The notes beneath the pieces were generated by a model that made no database searches, had not been told where the DNA came from, and worked only from the letters and a program-made list of their open reading frames with translations. DNA of 64,000 bases from Antedon mediterranea (taxonomy: Eukaryota > Animalia > Echinodermata). The translations under genes were made by a program, and so were the position numbers. Location: contig NC_092671.1 of assembly GCF_964355755.1 (NCBI RefSeq), positions 24,502,070-24,566,069 on the forward strand. Direction: 5' to 3'. Positions 1 to 11,100 of the stretch are shown piece by piece (position 1 is the first letter of the stretch; each line of letters begins with the position of its first letter).

Positions 1-490
1 AAACTGATGATAATATCCATACCATTTCTAAACAAGTTTTTGCGTGAAACCCGGTCACTTCAGTGAAACACCAAAACAATTAGGGTATACATACAATAAA
101 AAAATTAAAGACTTCATATTGAAAATGACTCCATTATTTTTTATTCAGAAAACAAATCCACAAAAACCTTTGTAATGCTTCGGCGGCATAGGTAGCGCGC
201 GACCGATACACAATGCGCCAAGCCATCGCTCTACGCGCTACTGTGATGCGCGGTGTATGTTTTTTTGACAGGTACCATTTTGACAGTCGTTCATAACCAG
301 ATTAGTTACTTTCAAATAGTAAAATATTGACGGTCCAGACCGAATATAGTGTCCATATTTATAGTATAAACCAATAATTTACCTTTTACCGGATTTCGTA
401 AAAAAACGCGAAAGACGAAGATCTTCGTGCTTGGCAGTCAAGCGTTGTGTTTCCAAACACAAAGATCAAAGTGTTAAACTTAAAGTATAC

Positions 491-739
491 CTGTTTACTG
501 ATTTTTTCTATTTTCTTGTCTTCCTTCTTTTCTTCAAATCCACGTTCTGTCATATCACCATCAATTTCATCATCTGAAGCTTCAAAATGTTCTTCTTTCT
601 GATCCTCTTTGAGCTGAAATTCTTTGCTGGCAATTATTTCTGCAAATTTAGGACTCTTAGTTTTCAACAGGGCAACAAGATCCTTGTAGATATCACCAAC
701 TCGTTCATAGCTTTGGTCATTAGATTCACCCTCGATGCC
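491..739 (-). CDS. ODAD2: ODAD2 coding exon 5
   Basis: Acceptor tttttgtaaag|GGC, donor CAG|GTATAC; encodes GIEGESNDQSYERVGD...KISKQ. Confidence 0.88.
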
Positions 740-3299
740 CTTTACAAAAATGATCAATAATATTTTTTTATAAATTTTACTAACAAATCAGAATTTGAGC
801 TGTAACTCTGTTTTAAGAGGCACATAAACAATTTATTTTTCAATATTATCAATATGAGTTTACCACCACCACTCCGTACACCAAAAGAGAGCATGTTTCT
901 ATGAGCATTCTATTATTATAGTGTTATACATTGAAATAGGTGGTATCCTAATAATACAATCTTTCTCACAACCCATTTTAATTAAGGTCTTAGCCCACAT
1001 AATATCATCTACTGCAAACTGTATTGTAAAGGCATATTATGCCTTTACAATACAGTTTGCAGTAGATGATTTTTCTATTTTTAGAGCTTTAGTTCTATTT
1101 TATTTTCAACTGAGGGCGACAGTGTACTAGTTCACTACGCATTCCTTAAAACAATACCTTATTGATGTATACACCAGCAGTATTGGCAATGACACTAAGC
1201 TCTTCCCCATCCAGTAGCAAGATGTTAAGGCAGCAGATATCGCCATGAACTTGACGCCATGGTGGTGCACGACAACCGTTATCAAATACGTAGTCAGTAG
1301 TAAATGAAATTCTTTCCAAAACACTTCCACTATCAGCACCACAATACCGCTTTAGTAGTGCAACCTCACTATTTATTTGCTGTGGTGTTAAGCGCACTTC
1401 TCTATAAAAAAAAAAAATTATTTTTCCCTAAATTCTGTTAGTCAGTTCTCTATTTATAGAAACATATACAGTCAGTATTATACTTTAGATTTTAAAACAC
1501 ATTTTTTATTCTAAATTAAAGTCTGTTTTCCTGTCGACATAACGCTACGCCAAGTTGCGCTGAATTTTCAAATTGGTAAAGTTAAAAATAAAATAATGAT
1601 AACAATGATCGAGCCGGACCGCTAATATTTACATCTTTTTACGCGATCATTAATGGTTTCTTGGTTCTTTCGAGCATTGCTGGGACACGCGGACGTGAAG
1701 CATTGCAAAACCAAGGTAGCCCACGCACAGCCGGGCCCGTGTGAAAATTGAAAAAGTTACAGGTTTTGATGCTGCAATCCAGCCTGGCGTGCTTTCGCTG
1801 ATATCTTAATCTAGGCTTACACTAAAGACAAACATTAAATTAAATTGTTTTAATATTATAATTTAGTTTAACTTACACTTGTTATTTGGAAATACAGGTA
1901 TCAGACCTTAAAAGTGTACAAACGATCGTAACGTTGAAGTTGAACTCGATTCAACTTCAACGATTGCAGATTATAACGATTGTTAACGTTGATTTTTACC
2001 CTCTTTTCCTGTAAAATCGTTGAATCCGGTCAATTCAACGCAACTCAACTTGCCGTAATGTTACATCGACAGGCTTAGGGAAATTGGGATACTATAAGGG
2101 ATTACATTCACTGTCCTCAAAGATATAAATTCTGGTCACATGACAAACATACCCAAGATGCGCTACACCAAAGTCATTGTGGAGTAAAGTTCTTTGTTAT
2201 GAGAAAATCATGATGTCTGATAGGTAGTGAATATGTCACAAATGCTAAATAAACTTAAAATGAGCAGTGCAACTCTGGTGCTTAGCACTTACTGTGAGAT
2301 ATGCTTCAGAGACTGGTTCATTAGTTGCATATCAAACTGTTGAATTAGAAGCAAAAGTCGTAGTTTACTTTCAAGTTCATCTCCTTCATCTCCACTCTCT
2401 TTCTTGGTCTGTTCAAGAAGACGAAGGGTTGAATTGTCCTCTCCTTCTATGGTGGCAAACCCGTCACCTAACATCTTAGCAGTTGGATCAGGATTAGCTG
2501 TTCAAAATAGTAATTAAATGTAATATTCTGAACATTATTTTTATCTGTGTGAATATTCAACCATATAAATAAACCAGTATAGTTACTAAACAATGTACTG
2601 TAATATTGATTTCAATTGGGATCCACAAAAGGGGAATATTTGTTGTTTGTGATTTTTAATTAATTAGAATTCAGCATTTTGAATTGAACTGCTAAAGTAG
2701 CTATAGTAAAGTACAGTAGTCTTTTAGAAAATAACTATGTGATGAATCAGTACTAATGTGTTAGGGTTTTTAATATCAGTGTATTATAGTAAATGAGTAT
2801 TCAAAATTTACCTTCTAAAATTGATCTAGCTTCTCGCATCTTCATGTCTCCGGCAATTTTAAGAACATTACTAAGCTGGTTGAAACAGTACACTTTAATG
2901 TCGTAGTTTAGTTCTCCAAGTTTACGCAAAGTCAATAGTGGTTGGTCATTCTTATCTTTAGCTTCGGAAGTTACAGAATCATCGCTGAGAATGAACAATT
3001 TTAATAAATTAAATTATTTAACAACTTCATTCAATTTAATTTAGTACCATAAACAAACACACACAATTCTACCTTATTTCATAGCCTGAGCCAAAAGTTG
3101 ATGGCTCAATAGTGGTCTTCCACTGCAGAGGTGATTTGAAGACAATGGCTGTTTCAGCTGGGTGTTTGGATGAGAAGCCTTCAACATATTTTATGATGCT
3201 ATTTATTAGGGCTTCATTAACCGGTGAAAATTCAAGACGTCCTCTACCTCCTTCACTTACTGACGTCCACTGTGCTGCACGAGTAAGTGTCTGACCCAT
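491..3299 (-). CDS. ODAD2: ODAD2/ARMC4 outer dynein arm docking complex subunit, N-terminal part (gene continues beyond the left edge)
   Basis: Coding exons 3299-3073, 2984-2812, 2497-2293, 1401-1158 and 739-491 have GT-AG boundaries and consistent phases (2,1,2,0,0). The spliced peptide MGQTLTRAAQWT...KHP...DKNDQPLL...SLKHIS...DYVFDNGCRAPPWRQVHGDIC...YERVGDIYKDLVALLKTKSPKF is colinear with the human ARMC4 N-terminus as recalled (MGVALRKLTQWT...NGCRAPPWRQIRGEIC...[22 protein letters not shown]). Confidence 0.93.
1158..1401 (-). CDS. ODAD2: ODAD2 coding exon 4
   Basis: Acceptor polyT-atag|A, donor AAG|GTATTG; contains NGCRAPPWRQVHGD. Confidence 0.92.
1530..2074. mobile_element. MITE-like element in an ODAD2 intron
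   Basis: Imperfect terminal inverted repeats cctgtcgacataacgctacgccaagttg / caacttgccgtaatgttacatcgacagg. Confidence 0.5.
2293..2497 (-). CDS. ODAD2: ODAD2 coding exon 3
   Basis: Acceptor ttgaacag|CT, donor CA|GTAAGT; encodes ANPDPTAKMLG...SLKHISQ. Confidence 0.9.
2812..2984 (-). CDS. ODAD2: ODAD2 coding exon 2
   Basis: Acceptor ttctcag|C, donor G|GTAAAT; encodes SDDSVTSEAKDKNDQPLL...ILE. Confidence 0.9.
3073..3299 (-). CDS. ODAD2: ODAD2 first coding exon
   Basis: ATG at 3299, acceptor AG at 3323-3322 just upstream, donor AG|GTAGAA at 3072. Confidence 0.9.
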
Positions 3300-4856
3300 G
3301 GTATACCACTTCCTGAATCTCCTTAAATAAAATCATATTAACTAATTATTTCAACATTGAGTTTTAAGTAATCAGCCATGAGCTATATAGTTAACACAAT
3401 CTTGCAAACTCGCTAGTAGAGGCTCAACAAACAAAATGGAAAAGGGAATAATTTCGCCACAGTAGCATAGAAAAAAACTATACAACACACCTTTTACTGC
3501 TACAAATTATTTGTTGAATTGTATAGCAAAAATACAATTACAAAACTATGTTTCTAGATTTAAAAATCCAGTTTTTTTACAGTACAGGATTGCTAATATA
3601 GAAATATTTACTGGGCTGAGGGGCATGGTTCAGATTACAGAGGGCTTTATTTTTTTACCATGCCCCAATGAAAGCCCAGTAAATATTTTGCTTTTATTCT
3701 GTACCACGCAATTTGGCTGCAGGTTTGGCTGAGGTGAATGCAAACAAGGACTTGGTTGAAGTAGGCCTAGGCCTAGTTAGTGGCACTGTTTCTCTGTAAA
3801 AAAGCAAACAAAAAAGGCCTGCATTTGATAATTCCTCGCTTCCAGATATGCAATAAATATTTCGAAATCATACTTTATTTTTTCTTCTTATTTTAACTGG
3901 CCGCTAAACTTAAGTTAATCATCGTAGGCTAGGGATAGCTAAGCAATTGTTGGGTTGTTGCGTGTGTGGATCTGATTGTATTGAAGAAGATAGAAGAAAC
4001 AGACATGTGCAGTTTAGCCTGTCTAGTTTGAGCATGGCAATAACTATAGACTAACCAATCAGATGCCATGATTTGAAAGGTGCCGGTATATAACATTACA
4101 GTATGAGCAACTGTGTATACGTATTAAAATTTATAGATAAATGCTATGTTAAAGCTCAGATGCAGACATGAATTTTAAATATAATATTTGTAACAGAAAT
4201 CAATATGAAAATACATTTCCCTTAAAATGGTCAAATACAAAATTTGGCAAAATTCTGCTATAAAAACCAAGAATACTTTTTTTCAGTTAGTTACTGCATG
4301 TCTGATGACTCCCTAGAAGGTGATAAAAGATGGTAGAATATACGGTGGATAATTTTTGCTCGAAGATAATATAGTTCCACATACTACAGTATGTGCTTGC
4401 ATTGCAGCTTGTTACTAAGAAAAATATTAATTTTAAGTGCTAAAAAAATAGTTTTATCCCGATATGAAGCCTTTATGATTTAAAATATTTCATAGTAACA
4501 TTAAACAACCCATATACCATGACAAATATCCATGTTTATACCACGAGTACAAAGTACTATTTTGTGGTATGATGTCATCGTAAGCCAATCAATTGGTTGA
4601 CGCAATCAACACACCGCGGAATAATTTTATTGCGTGTGCATTCACGTTGTCTCTCATGCCTGTCCAATTACACGGGAAAATATATGTATTGAAATTCTTT
4701 GAATGACGTTTTAAATAAATACTCTTTTTTTATTTAATAAACAAGTAATATCATATTCTAAATTTTATTGAATTTTACAATGTTGATATACAAAATATAT
4801 TACTAAAAACCAACAGGCAATGTATAATTTAATATTAACTTTTAATTGTACATTGT

Positions 4857-5040
4857 TTACCTCCGCCAAGGAGGTATATGTAATGGATCGCATGTGTCTA
4901 GTTGTTAGCAGGATTACTCAAAAAGTTATTGCAAGATGTTTACCGAAGTGAAAATACAGATAGGTGGTCAAAGACCACTCCATTAAATTTTGAAGGCAAT
5001 CCGGACCATGGTCCCAATTCTGGACCAATTTTTAGTTATT
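4857..5040 (+). mobile_element. End fragment of a Helentron/HINE-like family related to 60988-61570
   Basis: TTACCTCCGCCAAGG is the reverse complement of the terminus CCTTGGCGGAGGTAA at about 61556-61570. Confidence 0.45.
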
Positions 5041-6789
5041 ATTTTTTTAGACCTGCTAGTGTTAAAAGATAGGACAGAATTTTCAAAAGACGGCAAACAC
5101 GCTTATTGTAACAATAACTGAAATTGCATTTCTTTGAGAACTACTTGTCCAAAAAACTTCATTTTTGTACAAGAGGCAAGAGTTATAATTTGTGATTTGT
5201 AATTTTAAACCATAAATTGATTTCATTTAATGTACGGTACATGTTTTTTGATACGAGAAGTTTTAAAAAACTCTTTTTTTTTAATTAAGAAGAGTAGGCC
5301 TGGAGCTAGGGTTAGCATTAGTTGTGTAAATATTGTAGGTCTACTTTAGTGAAAGAGGAGCTAAGAGTTTAATAATATGAATTCAAGAGTTTAAAATCTA
5401 CGGAAAATACCCACAACTGAGTATATTTTCAAAACACACGCACTCCTACTACCAGTGTCACTTTGTCTAGCTCGCACCTTGTGTGAATGCTGACGTCATC
5501 ACGCTCCAAAAATACTCCATATGAATATGAATTATTTGTGTTTTATTTATGATTTTAAACACTATAATCACGTTTACATATAATACAGAATACAGAAATT
5601 TATTGGTCCAAAAGGAAATTCGTTTCGTTGACAAGCTCTCAAACAATTAATTATAAATATAAAAAGTCATGAATATAAAAATACAAGATCTTATAAAAAT
5701 ACAAATAAACATCGAACATAGACAAAAATATAAAAATACAGTACTATATCGTAACATATAAAAATATATAAAAAATATATATATTAGCAGTATTATACAG
5801 TTAAAACACATTACATTTTCAATCTATCTCTTAATAGTTATGTTACAGCATATATTTTATAAATGGCAAGAATTTGGAACAAATTACTTTCGAAGACAAT
5901 CATGATCTCCTCTTAGTGGACGTAGCCTGATACCCGATCTGTTTAAAATGTAGTACTTATTTAGTGGGTGTGTGTGGTCATTCATAAGCATGTTAACTTT
6001 CTGTAATACTCTCAATATTCTCAGTCATGTGACCAAACTTGAGCGGCGTATCAATTAAAGTCATTACCGCAAATTGGGTACCATATTGCAAACTGGTGCA
6101 CAGTTATCGCTGTATGGTACATCATCCATCCATTGTTTTTTTTTTATAAATATAGGCATAAGACAGTGAACAGACGATTGGGGCCAGGACGATCAGGGCC
6201 ACAAATGATCGGGGCCGCCATTTTTTATGTGCCCGATTGTCTTATAAGTTTAGCCCGATCATCTTTATCGTTGGGCCCGATAGCCCTGTGTAAAATTATT
6301 AGATTAATAAAGGTGGCGAAAGCTAAAAAAAAACCACACCACATTTTGTCATTTGGAAATTGTATATCTGTGTCTACTATTGCAAATGTTGGCAGAGAGA
6401 GAAATTAAATATTGAGTCCCTTTTTTTATTGTTTTTTATTGTGTGAGTGTATTAAAATAATGTTCCCTTAGGTATTCATAATATAAAATATCTTATGGTG
6501 AACAATTATAAATCCAATTCGTTTTCGTGGACCCGAACGTCTTCTCTTTATTTTTACAAAGGGCCCGATCGTCTAATTATATTAGAACATCCACATAGTT
6601 GAGCCCAAACGTCCACACAGTTGAGCCTGAACGTCCGTACGCGTTGGTACCCGATCGTCTTTAAAAAGCCTGATTGACTGGCCTCGATCGTCTGTCAATC
6701 CAAAAAGACAATAGGACAAACTGGACCGCATTTTTGGTCGTCCGTGTTCTCGATTGTCTGTACTGTCAGCCACATCAGTCAGCAGCAGC

Positions 6790-7180
6790 CAGGCCTACTA
6801 CTAGGCCCCTAGCTAGGCTAAACAGAGCAGAAAGGCCTAGCTAGCTAGTAGGCCAGGCTTATATAGAGGCCTAGCCTAGCCTCGGCCTAGGCCTATAATA
6901 TCTAGTTTAGCCTTAAGGCTAGCCCTAGTAACTAGTAGTAGGGCCAGGTTACTTACTTTATCATCTGCTGATCTGTCTGTATTTAATACTCTCTAATAAG
7001 TAGAGCCTAGCCTACTAGGCCCCTAGGGCCTAGCCTAGGCCTAGTTAGTAGTACTAGGCCTACTACTACTAGCTAGCCTAGCCTAGGCCTAGTAGAGGTA
7101 GGCCTAGCTAGTAGCTAGCTAGGGGCCTAGAGCTAGGCCTAGTTAGTAGGCCATATATGGGGCGGCCTAGGCCTAGGTTA
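6790..7180. repeat. AGGCCT/CTAG-rich low-complexity tract
   Basis: Dense irregular reiteration of AGGCCT, CTAG and TAGCC. Confidence 0.8.
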
Positions 7181-7227
7181 GAGCATAAACGTCAAATAGA
7201 AATGTTATTTACAATATTATATCTTAC

Positions 7228-7340
7228 CTTTTAAATGGTTATAATAAATTAATGATTGGAAATGATATACATTGATGGTATTTTGGTTACAAAGCAGCCT
7301 GCTCTATTATTATTGTGAACGTGTTGTTATTTTTTATACT
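7228..7340 (-). other. Putative non-coding first exon of ODAD2 (5' end approximate)
   Basis: Strong donor AAG|GTAAGA at 7227; the ATG exon has its own acceptor, so an upstream exon is expected; an X-box lies just upstream. Confidence 0.5.
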
Positions 7341-7351
7341 TCTTTATATGT

Positions 7352-7364
7352 GTTGCTAAGTAAC
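7352..7364. promoter_or_regulatory. RFX X-box motif GTTGCTAAGTAAC
   Basis: Fits GTNRCY-N-RGYAAC and lies between a ciliary gene and a divergently oriented gene. Confidence 0.65.
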
Positions 7365-8066
7365 TCGTCGACGAATGACGATCGACCGGCCATACTCGAC
7401 TCCTGGGTGGTACAAGATACACATGCGCACAATATATCGCAAAGTTAGAGTAGTTAGTTTCGGAGAGGGCGCACATCATGTGGATTAATTATTACTGTAG
7501 CTTATACCGTAATATATATTCTTTGCTTATACTTTAATCGTATAAAAAGAACAAAACCCGTCCCTGCAATAGAAGAGCTTTGTTTTACAAAAATAGACAA
7601 GGTAGTACGATCCATGAATGTGACTAGACTGTCTTGATATTAACACTAGAGGGGAGGGGGGAGGGCTTGATAACCAGCGCGTCCCGTAACCATGCAGATG
7701 ATAGATACCATAACAACATATTATAAGTGTTTACGTCTTTTACGATGACGTTAGAAGTGATTGTGTACTAGCAACTCAGCAACTCAATGAAGATGCTGGA
7801 TTGCCCATAAGCTTTGTTTATTTAACGTGTTGATGCCCAGACAGTTGGCTGACGTCTGCCACTAGTGAATTGGAAATTCAACAAATTAATAACATAATTG
7901 ATCTAGATCTATCTAGGCCTATCTATACTCACTAAAATTAATTATTGTGGTGTGGGTAGTACTTAAGTTAAAAAAGTATAGACGTTTTGAGCCTAATAAT
8001 AAGGATTAAGAGCAGCCTAGCCAGGCCTACTATTATAGAGTGGTGGTATAGTTAGATTATTTTGCG

Positions 8067-8144
8067 ATGTCTGCTTTACATTGGGAAGCACTTAGAAAGC
8101 AAAAAGTTATTGATAGGAAACACCACCAAGATCTTCAAGAAGCG
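8067..8144 (+). CDS. CCDC200-like gene, coding exon 1
   Basis: ATG at 8067, 26 codons, donor GTAAGA. Confidence 0.8.
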
Positions 8145-11100
8145 GTAAGAAAACATAACAAATGTCAATAGACCTAGCCTAGCGGTCATACTAAAATCTT
8201 CATCTGGTAAGGCCCGGTATTGCCACTTGGGGCCCCGGTATCGCCTGGTAGAGGGTTTTATGATCATGAAATGATGTCAAGTACATATGTTATTAAAATG
8301 TTGTAGTCGTAATTTAACTAAACGTAAATATATATTTTTCTTTCCAGAAACAAGTTAAAAATATCATTTCATTTGTCACAACAAAACATCACTTATTTAA
8401 TAAGAACAGTTTCGGAAAAAACATAATCAGTATAACATTAAATATTATGTTAGCATGTACTTTTATATCATAAAACCCTACCAGCCGAAGATTAGCATGA
8501 CCCAGGCCTACAATTTTGCCACAAATGTATTACATCTTCTAGGGCAGGCAATGAAGGCCATAATGTCTAAAGTTTATATAAACATTTTGACTAAAAAGAT
8601 TATAAAATATCTTTTTTGCAGTGTCACTACCAGATACTGTGCCCTCTGTTGCGGAGTCAGCAGATTGAATGTGTCATAAACTTATTAACACACCTTGGTA
8701 GATTTATTTGATTGAAGGATTGTGGGTCACATGATATTTAAAAATGTTCTATTACACTCTTAATAATGTCACTGAGAGTGCAATGTCAATATTTTTGTTC
8801 AATTTTGTTACACAGCGAGCAACCACACGCACAGCATTGGTTGCTGTTATTGACTGAACCTGGGATAGTGTGCGTCGACTATATTAATAATAATAATAAT
8901 AATAATATTTATTCGGCAAAAGTTCATAAAGTACATTTTACAATTCATCTTGCCAGGAGCAAGTAATAGGCATGAGCCCAAACAGAAAACTGCTCTTACT
9001 CCATCATTACTTATAAAATACAAAAATAACAAAACTAAGTAGCACAAATTAAGTCAAAATAAAACAAAACAAAACAAAGTTATAATGAGATACACCAATT
9101 AAAAATAAGCTGCATTGAATAAACAATATAAACAATTACAGTATAATTATATTGCACTATATATTCCATTTGTTTATAAAACAAATAATAGAAGTTTTAT
9201 GTTCGTGCAATGGAACAAATAATATATTTTGTACTAGTATACTCATCAACATTCATTATTTGTATACTAGTATACTCATCAACATTCATTATTTGTAAAC
9301 TAGTATACTCATCAACATTCATTATTTGTAAACTAGTATACTCATCAACATTCATTATTTGTATACTAGTATACTCATCAACATTCATTATTTGTAAACT
9401 AGTATACTCATCAACATTCATTATTTGTAAACTAGTATACTCATCAACATTCATTATTTGTAAACTAGTATACTCATCAACATTCATTATTTGTAAACTA
9501 GTATACTCATCAACATTCATTATTTGTAAACTAGTATACTCATCAACATTCATTATTTGTAAACTAGTATACTCATCAACATTCATTATTTGTAAACTAG
9601 TATACTCATCAACATTCATTATTTGTAAACTAGTATACTCATCAACATTCATTATTTGTAAACTAGTATACTCATCAACATTCATTATTTGTAAACTAGT
9701 ATACTCATCAACATTCATTATTTGTAAACTAGTATACTCATCAACATTCATTATTTGTAAACTAGTATACTCATCAACATTCATTATTTGTAAACTAGTA
9801 TACTCATCAACATTCATTATTTGTAAACTAGTATACTCATCAACATTCATTATTTGTAAACTAGTATACTCATCAACATTCATTATTTGTAAACTAGTAT
9901 ACTCATCAACATTCATTATTTGTAAACTAGTATACTCATCAACATTCATTATTTGTAAACTAGTATACTCTTCAACATTCATTATTTGTATACTAGTATA
10001 CTCATCAACATTCATTATTTGTATACTAGTATACTCATCAACATTCATTATTTGTATACTAGTATACTCATCAACATTCATTATTTGTATACTAGTATAC
10101 TCATCAACATTCATTATTTGTATACTAGTATACTCTTCAACATTCATTATTTGTATACTAGTATACTCATCAACATTCATTATTTGTATACTAGTATACT
10201 CATCAACATTCATTATTTGTAAACGACTCAAGAATGCATACTACTGATAGTTATTGTTTTCCATTTTGAATAACAGAGACAGCATCAAAAAAGGGAAGCT
10301 GAAGAAAAACTACTCTATGAACGGATCCAAAATGAATCAAGTACATACAAGAGAGAGGTTGCGTCTACGAATGGAGATTACCAACATCACTGTCATCATG
10401 ACCAAGATGCAGAGAGAAGGTTGTATTTCAAAGACAGATGTAAGACTGATTATAATGCTAAAATGTCTACAAGATACAACGTAAGTTTGATTTTTGGGAT
10501 ATGATAAATTTGTCAAACCTGCTGCTTTAATACAAGAGATACATATAAAAAAGGCAATGATGGTAGCATGAACAAAATGGGAAGCAACCACTTATCACAA
10601 CCACTTCTGCAAATTGTGTCCCTCAGTGTGGTTTTGTAACAAGCAATTCTTGTCCACTATTATTATACTGCAAGGGTTTTTAGGGGGATGTTTATTCGAG
10701 GGAGGAATTTAGTTTGTGGGAAATAGTATGCCAAAAAATATCACTTCTTCCTAGTAACCGTGGCATTTTGGACTTTGCCGTGATGTTTCATTTTTAATTT
10801 ACCGTTGTGTTTCATTTTAAGTTGCCGTGGTATTTTTGTTAAGTTGCTGTGGTGTTTTATTTTTAATTTGCTGTGATGTTTTATTTTAAAATTACCGTGG
10901 CTTTTTTCAAATTGCTATCAGCATTTACCCAGTTTTTGTTTGTGTAATTAACTGCTTGATATATTTTCCCCGCTGCTTTACGTACTTTACATGAGTGGTG
11001 CCTATGTTGTTTTTCAAATTGATTGTGGCTATGGCATTGGTAGTAACCAATTAATCAACATTTTGTTATTATTATTATTATTACATATAACATGAATCAA

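Noticed and set aside
4-50. CTGATGA...GAAAC hammerhead candidate at the window start
   Set aside because: No convincing stem II pairing, and the left flank is outside the window.
386-490. ORF extension ending YEIR, the same ending as ORF 3069-3299
   Set aside because: Coincidence; the exon ends at the donor at 490 and the remainder is intron read-through.
1158-1401. CLUH/clueless assignment from the PPWRQVHGD...GVYIN motif
   Set aside because: The motif resembles CLUH, but the whole spliced N-terminus is colinear with ARMC4/ODAD2.
9197-10247. 344/345-aa ORFs as repeat proteins
   Set aside because: Products of a 33-bp minisatellite lying in an intron; open on both strands and lacking unique coding flanks.
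10254-10484. 76-aa ORF-track protein MFSILNNRDS...
   Set aside because: Wrong frame; the splice-compatible frame starts at 10277 (RQHQKRE...).
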